A stretch of DNA of 64,000 nucleotides from Candidatus Latescibacterota bacterium (GTDB lineage: Bacteria > Latescibacterota > UBA2968). The position numbers and the translations under genes are program-made. Positions 49,101 through 57,176 of this stretch are shown one piece after another. The notes beneath the pieces were generated by a model. That model made no database searches. It was not told the DNA's origin and worked only from the letters and a program-made list of their open reading frames with translations. How positions within the stretch are numbered: position 1 is the stretch's first letter; each line of letters opens with the position of its first letter. The DNA is taken from the NCBI GenBank assembly GCA_965205975.1, contig OZ242195.1:3862656-3926655 (forward strand), written 5' to 3'.

Positions 49101-50528
49101 CATCATATTATCGGCTTCAAGCAGATCATTCTTCTTAACTTTATCAGCCGCATAAGCTGTGGTAGCTTTGCGCTTAAACTGGTTCGCCGACACTGTGAAC
49201 TTATGGCTCACTTCACCGCCAGCATCCAATATTTCTCTAGCCATAAACGTCTTAGAAAACCCAACCAGAGGTGCATCTGCAGCGACGACCGGTACTTCAT
49301 CACCACTGCCCATTTGATCAGGAGTTGGATCCCTCACATCTTCTCCCGTATCGATGATTTCAACCAGCACGCTGGTATCGTTGAAAATACCATTGATGGT
49401 CACGCTCAACGTAATCTGGTCCTTGATGCCAGCTGTTGTTGTCCCACCAACACCATTTTTGTTAGCAATTTTATGCGTCAAGGCACTAACAACATCGCCA
49501 CCAGGTGCAACGCGGTCAATTTTTATCAGCCTTCCATCACCGACCACATCATCAAAAGCCGAATGAATCTTTGTTTCGGTGTCCCGGCTCTCAATCTGGT
49601 TATTTGCACTAAGATCACCGCTGGTCAATGTAGCAACAGCATACACCTTGGACAAATCCGCATCCGTGCCAGCAGTTCCCGGTGGTATTGTAAGCACGAA
49701 CTCAAGCGTGTCATAGTGGCCCGTTCGGGATCTCTCTGTATAGAATGCCTGAGTGCCTGCACCGCCGGCGTCTGCTTCCAGGGTATCCTTTTTTACATCT
49801 TCCAGACCCAAACTGCTGAGTTGATTGTTTGTGCCCTGTGAAATTGTCATGGAATAGTATGCCGTAGCAGAGGCAGGGCGTTTACTACCAGTAGTTGCAT
49901 CTACATTATCACCATCCTGAGACTCATCAAACAACCCAACCGAAATCGAAGAAAAGTTACCCCAGGGGAAGGACGGGCCCTGTCTGCGAAGCAACCGAAC
50001 CTTAACCTTGCCTTCGATTCCCGTCCACTCCTTAGATGGTGGCACGATTTCAACGCGGAATCCCGAAACAGAATTAGCGGCGGGCGTGCCAACAGCCACC
50101 GCGTTATCGTTTATTTCAAGGGTAGCAGTCTGACTCTCGAAATTAGGTGCAGAAGCCGTCACTGTGACTGTTATATCTTGATCATCTTTATCCTGTGTGA
50201 TACCCGCGAAAACCAGTACACCATCTGTTGAGGTACCAGTTACATTGCCCGAAGTAACCGGCACTTCGACATCAACGGAGGGCCTGCCATCATAGGCACC
50301 TCGCATAGATGGCGCAGTTACTCTCACAGTAACCGTCGTGTCATTGTCAGGAGCGGTTTCGAAAGTCACATTCACGGACGCTGTCACTGTCGAGCTTGCG
50401 ACATTATCCTGTATAGTAGTCGGATTAAGCGTAAGCGTGATTGTGTTTTGTGCAAAACTATCTGGCACTCCGATGCCCACCATGAGCAAAAGAGCCGCCA
50501 AAAAGCCAATTGTTTTGTGAAAATTCAT
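46116..50528 (-). CDS. giant secreted surface protein (1470 aa) with the same C-terminal dockerin-like / cohesin-like / T9SS-tail architecture
   Basis: Signal MNFHKTIGFLAALLLMVGIGVPDSFA. GVDDFLALVAAWG...DINDDDTVDVADFLLFITSWG (dockerin-like). GVNENAEFSLSLGSERVVAGELVAVDVSLANVASVIGYGFTLNYDAAKFEFV. C-terminal tail near-identical to that of 42359..46045. Confidence 0.8.
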   Translation of the reverse strand: MNFHKTIGFLAALLLMVGIGVPDSFAQNTITLTLNPTTIQDNVASSTVTASVNVTFETAPDNDTTVTVRVTAPSMRGAYDGRPSVDVEVPVTSGNVTGTSTDGVLVFAGITQDKDDQDITVTVTASAPNFESQTATLEINDNAVAVGTPAANSVSGFRVEIVPPSKEWTGIEGKVKVRLLRRQGPSFPWGNFSSISVGLFDESQDGDNVDATTGSKRPASATAYYSMTISQGTNNQLSSLGLEDVKKDTLEADAGGAGTQAFYTERSRTGHYDTLEFVLTIPPGTAGTDADLSKVYAVATLTSGDLSANNQIESRDTETKIHSAFDDVVGDGRLIKIDRVAPGGDVVSALTHKIANKNGVGGTTTAGIKDQITLSVTINGIFNDTSVLVEIIDTGEDVRDPTPDQMGSGDEVPVVAADAPLVGFSKTFMAREILDAGGEVSHKFTVSANQFKRKATTAYAADKVKKNDLLEADNMMVRARAQVTDKAGNKGDQYTQTELDADVADGGLSAVFTLDSKPPKITIAHPDSSHKHYTSLSTQLYSFIGEGDDVDLDLNPLNFSSDEATNHESFIVIGADSLILEDIDFSADDAGLQADLGALTHRKGNATLKATQHPGVLKKYNKGAAANLKIGVRDEVGNLGTVSPKKGTSGNAGQAIFDNLAPTVSRLFPNTDDLSDNKIGGGTQHPVFRISEAADSILVRYEGSDGILEVAGTAAQKSTVGQNIRISFLGDEMLQQDDVYDLQVYVRDKAGYVGTSGRQLGLTFDNNIVNPSADQFVLVTTTTGGGNKNKPAVIAGQALHLEVTARDATLKKTAVTYSADGVMVSATDSDGNMVSEVSFGGTGVTDNGDGSATLNGDTWTAGVFEGIVVISEKAGTFTVAVTEMGADGVATITESVDITVDAADFADFEITAWEEGVVGAATSVWGDFTLRVVPTDKYGNPSLKAFKQAPANVADTLNLLDANVVKTAAAITAKVLKYDDVDVTFRSNPALDDLPSLFEWPIPLAGETFELVAPDNKKSVAVQVLVANASLDDADMRSRDIKATESFTISAPLDLSITLWVPGMDGDQAGETVTIPAGGEVEVTARAEGLDEGDTVTFNVDGDETEATADASGYATQSITLTGSGTVSVTATSGQYSTSLDIVHEEQMGRRSYVDANGDPVYLIAKSSGTVGVDDFLALVAAWGSSPGDANYNPQADINDDDTVDVADFLLFITSWGRTIDGPASKPIVLAPGVNENAEFSLSLGSERVVAGELVAVDVSLANVASVIGYGFTLNYDAAKFEFVSVAQADEDLLTSTGGETLFHHIAGDGQVEVATGMYNGTAVSGGGDIVRFVFRVLYEFEDNARFEIANGLVFDPSQLQNPAVVAGVLELQSTPREFALHQNFPNPFNPDTTIKYDLAESADVTLQIYNVLGQVVRTLVASEAQNAGRYQIRWNGMDERGVPVSSGIYFYQIAADGKFSDVRKLMLLK

Positions 50529-51100
50529 CCTATCGACCTCCTAAAAAAAAGTCAGGATCGAGTAAATGATTGTTTACGAACGTTTTGATTCTACTGCGAA
50601 ACTGCATCATCTCGCGCTGTCCATCGCGCTGTTTAAGACCGGACCCCAGAACAGGGTGAGAGCCGCGACCTTTGCGACACAGCGGAGAAGTTGATCGGGT
50701 TTCAAACCCGACCCTACGAAAATCCAAATTTATATCCCTCCCTTCAACAGACTTGTTTTCATTTCTTTTAATTCCTTTCAATACAACAAGTTACGAACAA
50801 CTATGAATTAACCATTTTATTCAAGTACCTCCTTCCAAAAACAGCCTAACACACACCAATGCAACATCCTCACAATGGCGTTAAGGAGTAATGCGTTAGG
50901 AAAAATCAACACCCTTTCTGTTTTGTTTGATGTTTGATTCATGGGAACTGCTCCACCTTAAATATATGACGGGCTAATTATATGCAATCAAAATGGTAGT
51001 GTCAAGCGTTTTTTCTTCGGTAATGATATGATAATAAAAAAGAAACGCAAAGGCAATCAGAAACGGTGTACAACTGGTCGATTCCCAGACCAGTTCATCA

Positions 51101-51350
51101 GGATGTACAGGATTAAAGGATGTACAGGATGAAAGGCAAAAGCAAAAGGCAAAAAGCATCCGCAGATGACGCAGATGACGCGGATGAAAAGGCGAAAGGC
51201 AAAGGCAACCACAGATGAACACCGATGAACACGGATGAAAAGGCGAAAGGCAGAGGCGAATCCGCAGATGACGCAGATGACACAGATAAAAGGCAAAGGC
51301 AAAAGCAAACCTTCTGGATCGCGGGTAACACCACCCCGCGATGACACCTT
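51101..51350. repeat. array of short direct repeats plus a B-type palindromic repeat
   Basis: CAGGATGTACAGGAT..., CCGCAGATGACGCAGATGACGCGGATGAAAAGGCGAAAGGCAAAGGCAACCACAGATGAACACCGATGAACACGGATGAAAAGGCGAAAGGC..., CTTCTGGATCGCGGGTAACACCACCCCGCGATGAC. Confidence 0.85.
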
Positions 51351-51407
51351 AGAGGCAAAGGCAAAAGCAAAATCTTCTCCAGTGGTAGCGCATCCGAGAC
51401 ACCTTTT

Positions 51408-51671
51408 TTATCCGAGTTTGACAAGAATGAGCGTTCCGAGTGTGATCAACGTTGTAAGCTGCGTGCTGATCAAAATACCGATAAGCCAGCGAAAATCTGT
51501 TCTGGCGGTTTGGCGTGTTTCGGCAAAGCCATGCTCAACCTTTTGCTCAAGGCTGGTCAAGCGCGTCTCAAGGCTGGTCAAGCGCGTGGCGATTTGCTCA
51601 GTAATGCCTTCAACCCGCGATAGGCGGGCGTCAAACTCGGACAGCTTGTTTTCAACGGTTGGAAGCTGCAT
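51408..51671 (-). CDS. small coiled-coil protein with a C-terminal TM helix (paralog of 57490..57774)
   Basis: MQLPTVENKLSEFDARLSRVEGITEQIATRLTSLETRLTSLEQ... followed by TM LIGILISTQLTTLITLGTLILV. It aligns with the MQLPSAESRMADIDTRMSRIEGIVDQIVQRLTSMDARMTSIEQ paralog. Confidence 0.55.
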   Translation of the reverse strand: MQLPTVENKLSEFDARLSRVEGITEQIATRLTSLETRLTSLEQKVEHGFAETRQTARTDFRWLIGILISTQLTTLITLGTLILVKLG

Positions 51672-51742
51672 TGTAAAAACTCCAGTGAAAGGAATATACG
51701 GTTTAAGGAATATAAGGAATATGGGGGAAGAACAAAAGTAAA

Positions 51743-53383
51743 TTACCTGCTTTCAGCCGCGAAGCGGATACCATTATTGGGTGGGGGTTCTGGCGCATTG
51801 GGATTGACTTGCTTCATAATCTGATCCAAATTCCCGACAACTATCGGATTGTACGCCTCCCATTGACGGATCGGCGCATCATTCTCGTCTCGGCGCCAGA
51901 TCTGGACATCGCCGAATTGCTTCTCCACTGTATAGCCGGGAATAGTGAGATTGGTATTCTCCGACACAATATGGCTGACCGAAGCCGCAGTTATCTCCAG
52001 ACCCTTGTTTATCGCACGCCCTGAATACGCATCGTAAAACGGTATCTCCCGGTGCAAATAGTAGTAGCCAGGAAGGTTGTAATAAGGTCGGTCGGCCTGC
52101 CACACCCCCAGAACACCGGGCACGCGGGCGAGATAGCGATACGCGGCAAAAATCGGATCCTGATCGCGGATGAACCCCACCTTCCCCGTCTCTTTGGAAA
52201 AAGCGCGATAAATCTGAACCTGTGAAGGCAGCGCATTCAGAACCCCGCCTATTGAAATTGCCGCGAACAAACCCCCCACCAATCCCCAAACGCGCACATG
52301 CCCACCAAATCGCGCCACCACATCTGCACCGAGCAAAAGCCACAGCGGAACAACCGCAAAAACGAACCGGTACTCCTTGTGCGCCTGAACAGAATGAATG
52401 AGCAACACCAGAGCGACCATCGCCAGAACAAACCCATAACGCCGCACATCGCGCAATGCGACAACCACACACAGCGCACCCAACCCCACACTCGCCAGCA
52501 AAAGCCACCACAAAAACTGGTATCCCGGGGACTCGCCAGCGCGCCCCTGATCAAAGATGAGATTAAAACGGATATTCGCAACATAGGAATGAAATAAACC
52601 GCCATCCCACGTCATCGCATCGAACACCCCCACCGCCAGCAAAAACGCACCCGCAGCAACCAATAGCTGAACCTTCTTCTCCGTCCTCAAAAAGAACACA
52701 CCCAAAAGCAACAATGCAATCGGCGCGTACTGCACTCGTATCGCCGCCGCCAGCACCGCCACAAGTGCCATCAACCAGACCGTCCCCATCCTGTGTACCG
52801 ACGACCGCGCACACATCACCAGCAACGCCATCAACAGGGCCGTAGCCACAAACTCCGTCATCGGCTTGTGGGCAAACCCCACCAACTCATACCAGAAAGC
52901 ACCAGCCAATAATGCAACCCGCGCCGAAGTCTCCCCAAAATGCCGCCGCGCAAAAAAATACATCCCCACTGGAATCAACAGAGAAATTGCACAAAACATC
53001 AGCTTGACACCGCCCACATACCAGAACGGCTCATCGAGTCCCACCAGATCAAACACCTTCAACACCCCCGCAACCATGCCCGGCACCAGCCATGCACGCG
53101 CCCCGTAAAAAAACTCCCAATACGTAACCCCATTCCCAAAAACCAGACGATGCGCCGGCTCCAAATACTGCATAATTTCATCCGGGTGCAAAACAAAATC
53201 GCCACACAGCGCAATCGCCGCACGCACCGCGAATGCCAAAACAAGCACTGGCAACAAAAACTTCCACGGACGCTCATCGGACACCTGCAAATGCAACACG
53301 CGATCCACCAAAGGGACCAACGACCTCTGCCGATCCCCGCGCGGATCGCGGCGCGTCCTCCTTGTCTTCCTTCTGTTTGCCAT
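51743..53383 (-). CDS. GT-C-fold membrane glycosyltransferase, ALG9/PIG-B-like mannosyltransferase family (GT22-like)
   Basis: Polytopic. The LHPDEIMQYLEPAHRLVFGNGVTYWEF motif is typical of the Glyco_transf_22 / mannosyltransferase family. The polybasic N-terminus MANRRKTRRTRR is shared with the gene at 54288..55844. Confidence 0.6.
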   Translation of the reverse strand: MANRRKTRRTRRDPRGDRQRSLVPLVDRVLHLQVSDERPWKFLLPVLVLAFAVRAAIALCGDFVLHPDEIMQYLEPAHRLVFGNGVTYWEFFYGARAWLVPGMVAGVLKVFDLVGLDEPFWYVGGVKLMFCAISLLIPVGMYFFARRHFGETSARVALLAGAFWYELVGFAHKPMTEFVATALLMALLVMCARSSVHRMGTVWLMALVAVLAAAIRVQYAPIALLLLGVFFLRTEKKVQLLVAAGAFLLAVGVFDAMTWDGGLFHSYVANIRFNLIFDQGRAGESPGYQFLWWLLLASVGLGALCVVVALRDVRRYGFVLAMVALVLLIHSVQAHKEYRFVFAVVPLWLLLGADVVARFGGHVRVWGLVGGLFAAISIGGVLNALPSQVQIYRAFSKETGKVGFIRDQDPIFAAYRYLARVPGVLGVWQADRPYYNLPGYYYLHREIPFYDAYSGRAINKGLEITAASVSHIVSENTNLTIPGYTVEKQFGDVQIWRRDENDAPIRQWEAYNPIVVGNLDQIMKQVNPNAPEPPPNNGIRFAAESR

Positions 53384-53545
53384 TTCGTCTCCGTGAGCGG
53401 AAAACTTACACCAATCTATTAACCAAAATAAAAAACAAACGCCTCACGGGTCGGCAAAAAGACCTGGGAGGCACTTAAAAAAAGATAGAACCTTCTGGAT
53501 CACGCGGGACGGCACAGGGGCCGTCCCCTACAACACCAGACTGCG
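53384..53545 (-). promoter_or_regulatory. duplicated ~150-bp leader/promoter cassette (copy 1) with a terminator-like hairpin in the 5' UTR, plus a B/A repeat
   Basis: Near-identical copies at 55845-56030 and 57041-57150. In mRNA sense it reads GCCTCCCAGGTCTTTTTGCCGACCCGTGAGGC, then GUUUGUUUUUUAUUUU, then ...CCGCTCACGGAGACGAA-ATG. Confidence 0.6.
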
Positions 53546-53589
53546 ATGACGGTGATGGATTATTGGCGTCAGGCTTCAGGGCAATCGCG

Positions 53590-54108
53590 TCACGCATCCA
53601 ACACGTGCTCAAATGCCTCAAGACTGGACACCTGAACCGCCGAGCGAAGCAACTGCTTCAGGCGCTGCAAATCATCAATCGCGGCAATGCGCGTGGATAG
53701 CGGGTGCGCTTCACGCAGATCAAATCGAATCTCCAACACGTCGAGGATATCTTCGAGCTTACTTCTTCTTTCACCTTCCTCAATACCCTGTTGCTTGATG
53801 TATTGTGTAAACGACGATTCGCGCATGATGGCGTCCATAAGACCCTCCTGTAAGAGAATGCGATTGATCAGTGCCTCATCATACTCTAACCCACTCAATA
53901 TCATCAACCGCTCCAAAATGTCAACCTTTATTGATTCATCCACCCGCAAAGCATTTGCAGCGTCAACACAGTGATGCAGCCACGCCTCTGAATCTATGCC
54001 AACAGGACGCTTCATCAACGATGCAAATGGAAACAAGCCCGAAGGTCCACCATCAAGAATATCCTGTCCTTCTATCTCACTCAACCGAATCACTGTGTAT
54101 TCTAACAA
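53590..54108 (-). pseudogene. N-terminally truncated Rpn-family (YhgA-like recombination-promoting nuclease / putative transposase) gene fragment
   Basis: Its 172 aa align with residues ~125-321 of the full-length paralog 57875..58840 (VIRLSEIEGQDILDGGPSGLFPF...). It lacks the N-terminal PD-(D/E)XK nuclease region and the GIEQ repeat. The upstream sequence 54170-54290 matches the upstream region of the intact copy. Confidence 0.6.
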
Positions 54109-54287
54109 AACGCGACGGCCGAGAAAATCCTGGATATAATATCCCGGATCGCGCCGACCTGCATTGCGCCCCTAACTTGAATGCAGGAATCACTTTGAGA
54201 GATACATATAAATGGAACGCGCTGGGCGTTAAGCGTGTAAGTTTTGATCTATGGAGGATGGGATATCGTGAAAAATATGTACCTTTA

Positions 54288-55844
54288 TCACTCCCGTGGA
54301 GAAAGATAGAGAATCGGCATTTTCTTGTTGATATATGCTTGCATCAACCTTTTTTTAAGCGCCCTCTCCCGCTCAAAATTGGCGATATGGTAGGCAATCT
54401 GTGGCCTCGTCCACTGCCAAAGACTATCCTTGTCGGGATTGTTATCGCGCGTCTCGTTCCACCACTGCTCGGTCCATCCCGTCACACTATAACTATAAGC
54501 CCCGATGAATTGCACCGTAACGGACCAAATCAACAAAGCACCAAACAGCACCCGCATGCGACGGTTGGCAACAACCCGCTCAATAATCGGAACCATCAAC
54601 AGCGCAAAAAATGGAACCGTATCCACAATAGACCGATAACCATAAGCCGAGCCGCCCCACCAATCGTACCACATAGACGCCACCAGAATCAGCAACACAG
54701 TCGCCACTTGCAGGGGAAGCAAAGGTCGGTAGCGAGAATCTCGCCACGCCAACACCGCGCCGACAACGCCGAACAACAGCACAGGAGAAAAGAAAACCAA
54801 CCCTCGCGACGGACTGATAAAAAGCCCCGGCAGGCTCTCCCACACGGGACTCTGCCAGAGATCGTCAGACCCCGTAGTCGCAAGCGCGATATTCTTCGAC
54901 GTAATGGTCTGCCCAAACTCGAGAATATTACCAAAGTAGTAGCCATTGTACGCTGCCAGGATAACGGCGAAAGGCACCCCCCCAAGCACAAAAGCAACGA
55001 ACCCGCGGCGATTCACCCACAACAAATACGCCCCCACGCAAACAACCACCACAGCACTCGTCGGACGGCACAAAACCGCCATGCCAAGAGCCGCACCACA
55101 ATAAGCCGCATAGCACTCTCGCACTGAGATACCAAACAAAAAATAAGCACCAAGACTTAAAAAAAACGTATTCGCCGGATGCTGCCAAAGTGCCTGACTG
55201 CTAATGGGCCACGCGCAACTGCCCAGCCCAAACGCCAGAGCCACCAGAAACGCAGGTATGGGCGCGACAAAGCGACGCGCCGACAAAAAAATGAACAACG
55301 TCGCAAATGCGACCAGCAAAGAAGCGGTCAAGGCACCGCCGTGCCACCACCAGTACCGATCGGATTCAACATCGACAAAAAAATCGAGAACCGCATAAAT
55401 CGGCAGCCCGACAACCGCCGATCCAATCCCAAAAGCGTTGACATACACATCGGGCCGCGTGGTCTGGGCAAGATAGTAGCCTCCTCTGGCTTTTAATTGG
55501 CCCTTCTCGTACAGATCATTGACCTCCTGATCCCAGGCGTTGACAGTGACACGAAGCGGATTCTCACCGGGCCGTTCCAGTGTCCATAAAAAAGCCCCCG
55601 GCGCATCTGGCGGACTGAGCGAAAAGGTGTTGCGCTTTAGCAGATTCACGCTAAGCAGCATATTGCCTTCCTGATCACCACCAGGGAGAAAATCGCCATT
55701 GCTCACGTACGCCCCAAAGCAACCGACGAACAGGAGAACCGGCAGAAAGTATTTCGACAAAGCCACTCTCCCCCCAGCCTGCGCAGTCGGCGTTGCGCCT
55801 GGTCTTTCGAGACGCGTCCTTCTCGTTTTCCTTCTTCTTGCCAT
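54288..55844 (-). CDS. GT-C-fold membrane glycosyltransferase (ArnT/PMT_2-like family)
   Basis: Polytopic, 518 aa from the ATG at M31 (MARRRKTRRTRLERPG...). Architecture is characteristic of GT-C glycosyltransferases. Its first ~12 codons and ~150 bp of upstream DNA are shared with the gene at 51743..53383. Confidence 0.55.
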   Translation of the reverse strand: MARRRKTRRTRLERPGATPTAQAGGRVALSKYFLPVLLFVGCFGAYVSNGDFLPGGDQEGNMLLSVNLLKRNTFSLSPPDAPGAFLWTLERPGENPLRVTVNAWDQEVNDLYEKGQLKARGGYYLAQTTRPDVYVNAFGIGSAVVGLPIYAVLDFFVDVESDRYWWWHGGALTASLLVAFATLFIFLSARRFVAPIPAFLVALAFGLGSCAWPISSQALWQHPANTFFLSLGAYFLFGISVRECYAAYCGAALGMAVLCRPTSAVVVVCVGAYLLWVNRRGFVAFVLGGVPFAVILAAYNGYYFGNILEFGQTITSKNIALATTGSDDLWQSPVWESLPGLFISPSRGLVFFSPVLLFGVVGAVLAWRDSRYRPLLPLQVATVLLILVASMWYDWWGGSAYGYRSIVDTVPFFALLMVPIIERVVANRRMRVLFGALLIWSVTVQFIGAYSYSVTGWTEQWWNETRDNNPDKDSLWQWTRPQIAYHIANFERERALKKRLMQAYINKKMPILYLSPRE

Positions 55845-56030
55845 TTCATCTCCGTGAGCGGAAAACTTACACCAATCTATAACCAATATAAAAAACAAAC
55901 GCCTCACGGGTCGGCAAAAAGACCTAAGAGGCACTTGAAGAAAGAGAGAACCTTCTGGATCGCGCGGGACGGCACGGGGCCTGCCCCGTAATGTCTCTAT
56001 ACGGGGACCGTCCCCTACTATGCCGTGATG
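55845..56030 (-). promoter_or_regulatory. duplicated leader/promoter cassette (copy 2) plus a B/A-type repeat
   Basis: CTCCGTGAGCGGAAAACTTACACCAATCTATAACCAATATAAAAAACAAACGCCTCACGGGTCGGCAAAAAGACCTAAGAGGC...CTTCTGGATCGCGCGGGACGGCACGGGGCC... Confidence 0.6.
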
Positions 56031-56135
56031 TCACAGATGACAAGCTGGGTATTGGTTCTTGATTTTCAGTCCCAGGTTTTATATTTTTTTCGCAACAATC
56101 TATATCTTCCAAACCATTATTAAAGGATTTTAGAC

Positions 56136-56387
56136 ATGAATAAAACGATAAAAACAAAAGTAACAGCCCAAGGGGTTTTGATCCCTCGGCAGTTGTTAGA
56201 AGGAATCGAAGAAGTGGAAATAAAAAAAGAAAATGATGTAATTACAATTATGCCGACGGGACAGATAAATTCCAACGGTAGCCGTTCACAGCTTGATCCC
56301 ATTTGGAATCTGGGAGAAAATCCAGTGGAATGTGATATTTCAGATGCTTCCGAACAGCATGACAAATATTTGTATGGAACATCTTGA
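56136..56387 (+). CDS. vapB: type II antitoxin VapB (AbrB/MazE-fold)
   Basis: 83 aa. It overlaps a downstream PIN-domain gene by 4 nt. AT-rich islet. Confidence 0.7.
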   Translation: MNKTIKTKVTAQGVLIPRQLLEGIEEVEIKKENDVITIMPTGQINSNGSRSQLDPIWNLGENPVECDISDASEQHDKYLYGTS

Positions 56388-56800
56388 TGAACTCAAATAT
56401 ATTCTTTCTTGATACAGGTTATCTCATTGCCCTTGAAGCTTCAAACGACAAAAATCATACACGCGCAAAAAATCATTGGCAAAATCTTATTCGCTCGCGC
56501 CCGTCTTTAGTGACCACTTCCTTTGTATTTGATGAAGCGGTCACTTTTTTTAACAGTCGAAATCGACATGATAAAGCAGTTGAAGTTGGCTCGCGTCTCT
56601 TGAACAGTCCTTCCATTCGGTTAATCCAGGTGGATGATTCTCTTTTTCGCAAAGGTTGGGAATATTTCGAGCAACATTCAGATAAGCTCTACTCTTTGAC
56701 AGATTGCATTTCATTTGTTGTCATGCAACAACAAAAAATTCAGACCGCCCTAACTTTTGATAGACACTTTACGCAAGCCAATTTTTTGACCATTCCCTAA
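56384..56800 (+). CDS. vapC: type II toxin VapC (PIN-domain ribonuclease)
   Basis: FLDTGYLIAL (first acidic residue) ... FVFDEAVTFF ... LTDCISFVVM ... FDRHF: the PIN acidic quartet pattern. 138 aa. Confidence 0.8.
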   Translation: MMNSNIFFLDTGYLIALEASNDKNHTRAKNHWQNLIRSRPSLVTTSFVFDEAVTFFNSRNRHDKAVEVGSRLLNSPSIRLIQVDDSLFRKGWEYFEQHSDKLYSLTDCISFVVMQQQKIQTALTFDRHFTQANFLTIP

Positions 56801-56880
56801 ATCTCCAGTGCTGTAACGTCAAGTCATCTTATGTCTTAATGTTTTAACTGCTCTCATCTCTTTTAAGCACTTCTCGACAC

Positions 56881-57040
56881 AGATCATTAGAACACATCTG
56901 CAAGTGGCAATTGCCAGCCGGGCACGACATCGCCGCCATCAATAAGACCCTCCTGTAAGAGAATGCGATTGATCAGTGTCTGATCATAGGCTAACCCACT
57001 CAATATCATCAGCCGACCCAAAATGTCAACCTTTCTTTAG
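56881..57040 (-). pseudogene. internal fragment of an Rpn-family gene fused to leader cassette copy 3
   Basis: 56930-57040 is about 85% identical to 53820-53940, which encodes ...MDAIMRE..LINRILLQEGL... It is followed upstream by leader copy 57041-57110 and a B repeat at 57111-57150. Confidence 0.5.
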
Positions 57041-57176
57041 CCGAGATAAAAAAATAAACGCCTCACGGGTCGGCAAAAAGACCTAAGAGGCACTTGAAGA
57101 AAGATAGAACCTTCTGGATCGCGGCTTTAATCATGCCGCGATGACAACAACAGCACAACGTCAATATCGCGCATTA

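Noticed and set aside
50650-50705. tRNA- or tmRNA-like 3' end (T-arm-like hairpin CGGGTTTCAAACCCG followed by ACCCTACG...CCA).
   Set aside because: No matching 5' acceptor strand, D-arm or anticodon arm could be found upstream. CCA is not adjacent to the putative acceptor stem. More likely a leader hairpin.
50530-50781. 83-aa minus-strand ORF immediately upstream of the giant adhesin gene.
   Set aside because: It lies in the structured leader region, has no RBS, and has a composition-atypical sequence. More likely non-coding leader.
51057-51424. Several 80-100-aa ORFs (51057..51347, 51113..51424, 51235..51741) spanning the direct-repeat array.
   Set aside because: They are translations of short tandem DNA repeats (repetitive Ala/Lys/Gly or Cys/Val strings) in overlapping frames. 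No coding signal.
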